From the NCBI RefSeq assembly GCF_002432125.1, contig NZ_DJFS01000018.1, forward strand, positions 8,137 through 72,136: a stretch of DNA of 64,000 bases, written 5' to 3'. Position numbers and translations under genes: made by a program. Position 1 is the first letter of the stretch. Each line of letters starts with the position of its first letter. The notes under the pieces are model-generated. The model ran no database searches. It saw only the letters and a list, made by a program, of their open reading frames with translations, and was not told the origin of the DNA. Shown here one piece after another: positions 60,524 to 64,000 of this stretch. This DNA comes from Brevundimonas sp. UBA5866 (GTDB lineage: Bacteria > Pseudomonadota > Alphaproteobacteria > Caulobacterales > Caulobacteraceae).

Positions 60524-60694
60524 AGCACAGTCGTTCCATCTTTTGGGCATTTGAGCCCATGGCTAGACTGGTAACGACGGACGGCCGGTTGGCTTAGTCC
60601 TCTGTGTCAGTCTGTTAGCGGTCACTCTCGCCTGCAATCCGAACCAATCGTGGGTGGCGGGCTTCTTTCAAAGTACCTAATGGAGGAAGTTCAC

Positions 60695-60892
60695 ATGACC
60701 GACGCGACCAACAATCCCACCGATGATCAATCGAAAGATCCGAAAGACCTCGATGGGCTGCAAAAGCAGGCTCGAGAAGAAACCTTCAAGGCCGAGCGAG
60801 AACGAGACACCCAACCGGACGACAGAAATCCGACCCAGCAGACATTCAAGCCTAGCGCGCCCGGCGTCCCGCCTGTTGGAAATCCCGACTGA
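60695..60892 (+). CDS. small hydrophilic probable stress protein (65 aa)
   Basis: Product: MTDATNNPTDDQSKDPKDLDGLQKQAREETFKAERERDTQPDDRNPTQQTFKPSAPGVPPVGNPD. The ATG follows the SD GGAGGA. The track ORF starts 15 codons earlier. Confidence 0.5.
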   Translation: MTDATNNPTDDQSKDPKDLDGLQKQAREETFKAERERDTQPDDRNPTQQTFKPSAPGVPPVGNPD

Positions 60893-61170
60893 TTGCCACG
60901 AATTAAGCCGCTAGGCGGTCGCCTGAATGGGTGCGGTTTGCGTTTGTGAACTCGTTAATTCCGGTGCCTCTTGGCGGCTTAATCAGTTGGTCGTGGCCAT
61001 TCCGACATTTGAGTTTTGGAACGCCACGACCTTCGACATGCTCACCTCGATGTCGAGCCACCTAGCCGCCGACCCGCTCTCGAGAACTTAAATCGGTAGA
61101 ACTCTTTGACGGCCTCGGCTAGTTATGAAGTTGGTTGAGCGACAACCTAACCCGTAACTCTGGTGGATAT

Positions 61171-62217
61171 TTAGAGCGTAGCTAGTTCTCGGTTACCGAT
61201 GTGCCGGCCATAGGCTGTGCTGATTGCCTTCTTGTTTTCCAAGGCTTCAATAATACTGTCAGCAAAGTTTGTGTCGTAAAGCTGGTACAGGTTGTTGATG
61301 CCCCCAGGCGTGAAGACATTTATTTCGAGCAACTTGTCTCCGACAATGTCGAGCCCGACGAGGAACATTCCATCCTGAATCAGTTTGGGTCGGACCGTTT
61401 CAGCGATCTCCAGCATAGTCGCGTTTACCTCTACCGGTGCCGGACCGCCGCCAACATGTATATTGGATCGAATATCCCCTTTAGCTGGCACGCGGCGGAA
61501 CGCAGCGTATTTCCCGTCGCGGATGATCGGGCACCCGTTCATCAGGAAGAACCTTACATCGCCTTCTCCAGCTTCGGGGATGAAGGCCTGAGCAATCAGG
61601 TAGCCTTCTTCGCTCACAGCCTCGAAAATCTGATTCAGATTCTGGTCTTTTGGCGAGGAAATCTTGAAGACGTTCTTTCCGCCTGATCCTTGCAGGGGTT
61701 TGACGATGACGCCCTTTTTCTGGCCCTGAATGAAAGCTCTGATTTCATCGATGTTCTTAGAAATAAGCGTTTGAGGCCGGACCGAAGCCGGGAAATCCTG
61801 AAAATAGAGTTTGTTCTGGGCGTGAGCGAGCCCGTCGGGATCGTTGACTACAAGGACGCCGCGCTGGGCCGCCATTCGCCCAAATATAATCCCAACATTT
61901 GCCGCCCAAGGTCGATCAATCGCATCGAGCGAGGGATCGTTACGCAGGAAGAGAACATCGATTTCACTCATATCAAACAGGCGTTTTGTAGCGTCACTGC
62001 TTATGAGCGCCCGGTGAAAAGTTTCGGGTTTCTTATAGCTGCCAGATGGTAGCTCCAGGCCGCTGAGCGCAAGGCTGTCATCGGGAGAAAGGACGAAATC
62101 CGAAGGGGTAACATAACAGATTTCATGCCCACGATTCATTGCTGCCAACGCCAGAATAGTCGTGGTGAAACGGGGCGTTTCGCCCTCGATAGAGTTGACG
62201 AAGAATGCGATGCGCAT
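61171..62217 (-). CDS. ATP-grasp enzyme, glutathione-synthetase (GshB)-like
   Basis: MRIAFFVNSIEGETP pre-ATP-grasp N-domain, plus ATP-grasp motifs VIVKPLQGSGGKNVF, DVRFFLMNG and LEINVFTPGG. GC content is clearly lower than the bulk of the window. Confidence 0.8.
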   Translation of the reverse strand: MRIAFFVNSIEGETPRFTTTILALAAMNRGHEICYVTPSDFVLSPDDSLALSGLELPSGSYKKPETFHRALISSDATKRLFDMSEIDVLFLRNDPSLDAIDRPWAANVGIIFGRMAAQRGVLVVNDPDGLAHAQNKLYFQDFPASVRPQTLISKNIDEIRAFIQGQKKGVIVKPLQGSGGKNVFKISSPKDQNLNQIFEAVSEEGYLIAQAFIPEAGEGDVRFFLMNGCPIIRDGKYAAFRRVPAKGDIRSNIHVGGGPAPVEVNATMLEIAETVRPKLIQDGMFLVGLDIVGDKLLEINVFTPGGINNLYQLYDTNFADSIIEALENKKAISTAYGRHIGNRELATL

Positions 62218-62225
62218 GAGGCCTC

Positions 62226-63971
62226 CTAGGCAGCAATAAGGTCTAGAGGTGAAAGCCCGGTCTTCAGACGGGCCAGTCTTTGATCAGCTCCCGGCAGGTC
62301 AAGAAACTGCGGCATGATTTGCGGACGTTTGAGCAGGCCTCGTAAGCTTAACTCCTGCATTACCGACAGATGCGAAGACGCGATCTTGCCCATCCAAAAT
62401 GAATCGAGCGCACCGCCCCTCGAGAGGTGATCCAGAAGTTCCAGCAGTCCGCGCAGATAGATGGCATCCTTGGCAAGGCCACCGCCGCGATGGACACGAA
62501 GGGCAATGTTGAAGGCATTTCTGTCGGAGAAGCCGTGTCCCCTATGGAGCATCGAAAAGGTGTCAACGAAGCTTGCGCCGTTAAGCATTCCGTCGACGGC
62601 GCATACTCGGGCCGCGAGAAGGCGAAGGCGTGAGACGGTCATTCCCCCCGCGAGGTATTCCGCCAACACAGCCAATCCTTCTTGCGCGCCTTCATAGCCT
62701 GCCAACCCGCTGCGGAATATTTTCAACCCGTGACCTGAGCCGTTGAAGTAGGTCAGCAAATGGACGCCCACTTCGTGGCTTAGCAAGGCTTCCACCCGCG
62801 CCTTAGACATGGAGGTGTGTCGTGAGATGAGCAGCTCGCCGTTACTCACCATCATGCCAGCAGGGAGGTCGTCCCGCACGCAAACCGACGCCGCAAAGCC
62901 TTTGGCCTGCGCTGAATAACGATCAATCATCGTTTGAGCGCGCCTTTCAAGAAACCGGTAATCGACAGTGTCGGCATCGTCGTCCGGTTTAGCACCGGCG
63001 GTTGCTTGCAATATGTCGTGCGCTACCTGACTAAGGCGAGGTTCAATGGAGCGATAGAGAGCGCTTCCCAAATCCACAAACTGACGTGCGCCACGCGCCG
63101 CTAGCATAGAGAGTTGTAGATCGAGTTCAGTTTGTTTCTCACGGTAAAGCGTCGTGAGAACGGGGTCCTCAAACCTTTCCAGACTGATCGAAAAGAGAGC
63201 TTTTTTGCTCTCCCCGATATTGAAAGCGAGCGGACGATAAAGAAAATGAGGAGCCCGCTCAAAGTTTAGAGCTTTGAAGTCGGCCCAAGCATCTTCTGAA
63301 TTAATAGGCGTAACGGACAACAGAAAGTCGAACCGGCTCGCGATTTCGTCGATGGCCCGGTCAGCACGCTGGACCGCATCGACGAAGACGCGGCGCCCCA
63401 GAGCTCTATGGCTGGCAGGCTCTAGACACGTTTCTTTGCGCGTAAATTCTGCTGCGGATTGGAGAACGGCGTCGACAATATTCGACACCAGCCTATCGCG
63501 TAACTCAGGATAGACCTCATTCGACTGTGGGACCTTATAGATCGGTGCGAACCGAAGAGTGATGACCGGAAAGGCCGGAAGCTTGCGGGCAAGGCTAGCC
63601 TGGGTGTCATCCGCTAGTTTCAAGCGATTAATAAGGGGCGTGCGATAGCGTGCGTCGGCAGTCTGAATGCCGCTGATAAGAGCAGACAAAGCTTGCTGAG
63701 TGGCCTTGTCCGCAGGTGCCGACGCTGTAACGGTAAAGGGAGACAGGTAGGGGGCATCTTTGGCGAGGCCGTCTTTAGCCAGTTCCCCAATATCGATGAC
63801 CATAAAAGCACCGAAGCGCTCGGTCATCGCGGCCCCAACCAGCCGTATTACCTTCACGGCGTCTGAGAGGTTGGCAACACGAAGATAGGATGCATTTGCC
63901 ATCACCACGTCGCGTGCCACTGGCGCTCGGTGACCAACTTGCACTGCAATGAACGGCATAGGCCGATCCAT
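62226..63971 (-). CDS. QEGLA-motif protein (DUF1704 / flavohemoglobin-expression-modulating family; predicted metallo-carboxypeptidase-like)
   Basis: HEVGVHLLT (HExxH) and GYEGAQEGLAVLAEYLAG motifs. It lies 8 bp upstream of the ATP-grasp gene on the same strand. Confidence 0.75.
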   Translation of the reverse strand: MDRPMPFIAVQVGHRAPVARDVVMANASYLRVANLSDAVKVIRLVGAAMTERFGAFMVIDIGELAKDGLAKDAPYLSPFTVTASAPADKATQQALSALISGIQTADARYRTPLINRLKLADDTQASLARKLPAFPVITLRFAPIYKVPQSNEVYPELRDRLVSNIVDAVLQSAAEFTRKETCLEPASHRALGRRVFVDAVQRADRAIDEIASRFDFLLSVTPINSEDAWADFKALNFERAPHFLYRPLAFNIGESKKALFSISLERFEDPVLTTLYREKQTELDLQLSMLAARGARQFVDLGSALYRSIEPRLSQVAHDILQATAGAKPDDDADTVDYRFLERRAQTMIDRYSAQAKGFAASVCVRDDLPAGMMVSNGELLISRHTSMSKARVEALLSHEVGVHLLTYFNGSGHGLKIFRSGLAGYEGAQEGLAVLAEYLAGGMTVSRLRLLAARVCAVDGMLNGASFVDTFSMLHRGHGFSDRNAFNIALRVHRGGGLAKDAIYLRGLLELLDHLSRGGALDSFWMGKIASSHLSVMQELSLRGLLKRPQIMPQFLDLPGADQRLARLKTGLSPLDLIAA

Positions 63972-64000
63972 AAACAGTCGGCCTCTACCATTAAGATCGA

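Overview
This is a high-GC chromosomal segment that looks alphaproteobacterial: several TonB-dependent receptors, GGAAC-N16/17-CGTT-like promoters, and Caulobacterales/Sphingomonadales-like gene content. The taxon cannot be proven from the sequence alone. I saw no rRNA, tRNA, CRISPR array, integrase or intact transposase.

Layout:
- 0-40 kb: ordinary, densely packed genes. These include two TonB-dependent receptors, a LysE/LysR pair, an M1 peptidase, rpmB, a Zn-alcohol dehydrogenase, an AbgT transporter, a DUF3857-transglutaminase-TPR protein, tesB, an amidohydrolase, a YegD-like Hsp70, leuA, PhoD, a CFA-synthase-like methyltransferase and an OmpR-type two-component system with a polytopic membrane protein. 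An MCP-less CheR/CheB module sits between a CHASE3-GAF hybrid kinase and a REC-kinase.
- 40.66-50.35 kb: the most interesting locus. It is a translationally coupled three-gene minus-strand operon. It encodes a 1981-aa protein (transglutaminase-like N-domain, DUF4011-like region, split Upf1-like SF1 helicase, Vsr/DUF559-like nuclease, DUF3320-like tail), followed by an Mre11/SbcD-like phosphoesterase and a hook-less Rad50/SbcC-like ATPase. I read it as a candidate Hhe-related defence or DNA-end-processing system. I cannot identify the combined architecture as a described system.
- 50.5-52.2 kb: a decayed, 5'-truncated TonB-dependent receptor ending at a triple 20-bp direct repeat, which also supplies the ligD stop codon.
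- 52.2-59.1 kb: ligD, ku, a topoisomerase IB, a stress-type SDR and a membrane-protein pair, with general-stress-type promoter candidates.
- 59.1-64 kb: visibly lower GC, with small hydrophilic or membrane proteins and an ATP-grasp/QEGLA-motif gene pair.

Start codons are often uncertain. The ORF track uses GTG/TTG starts and extends many ORFs upstream of the likely start.
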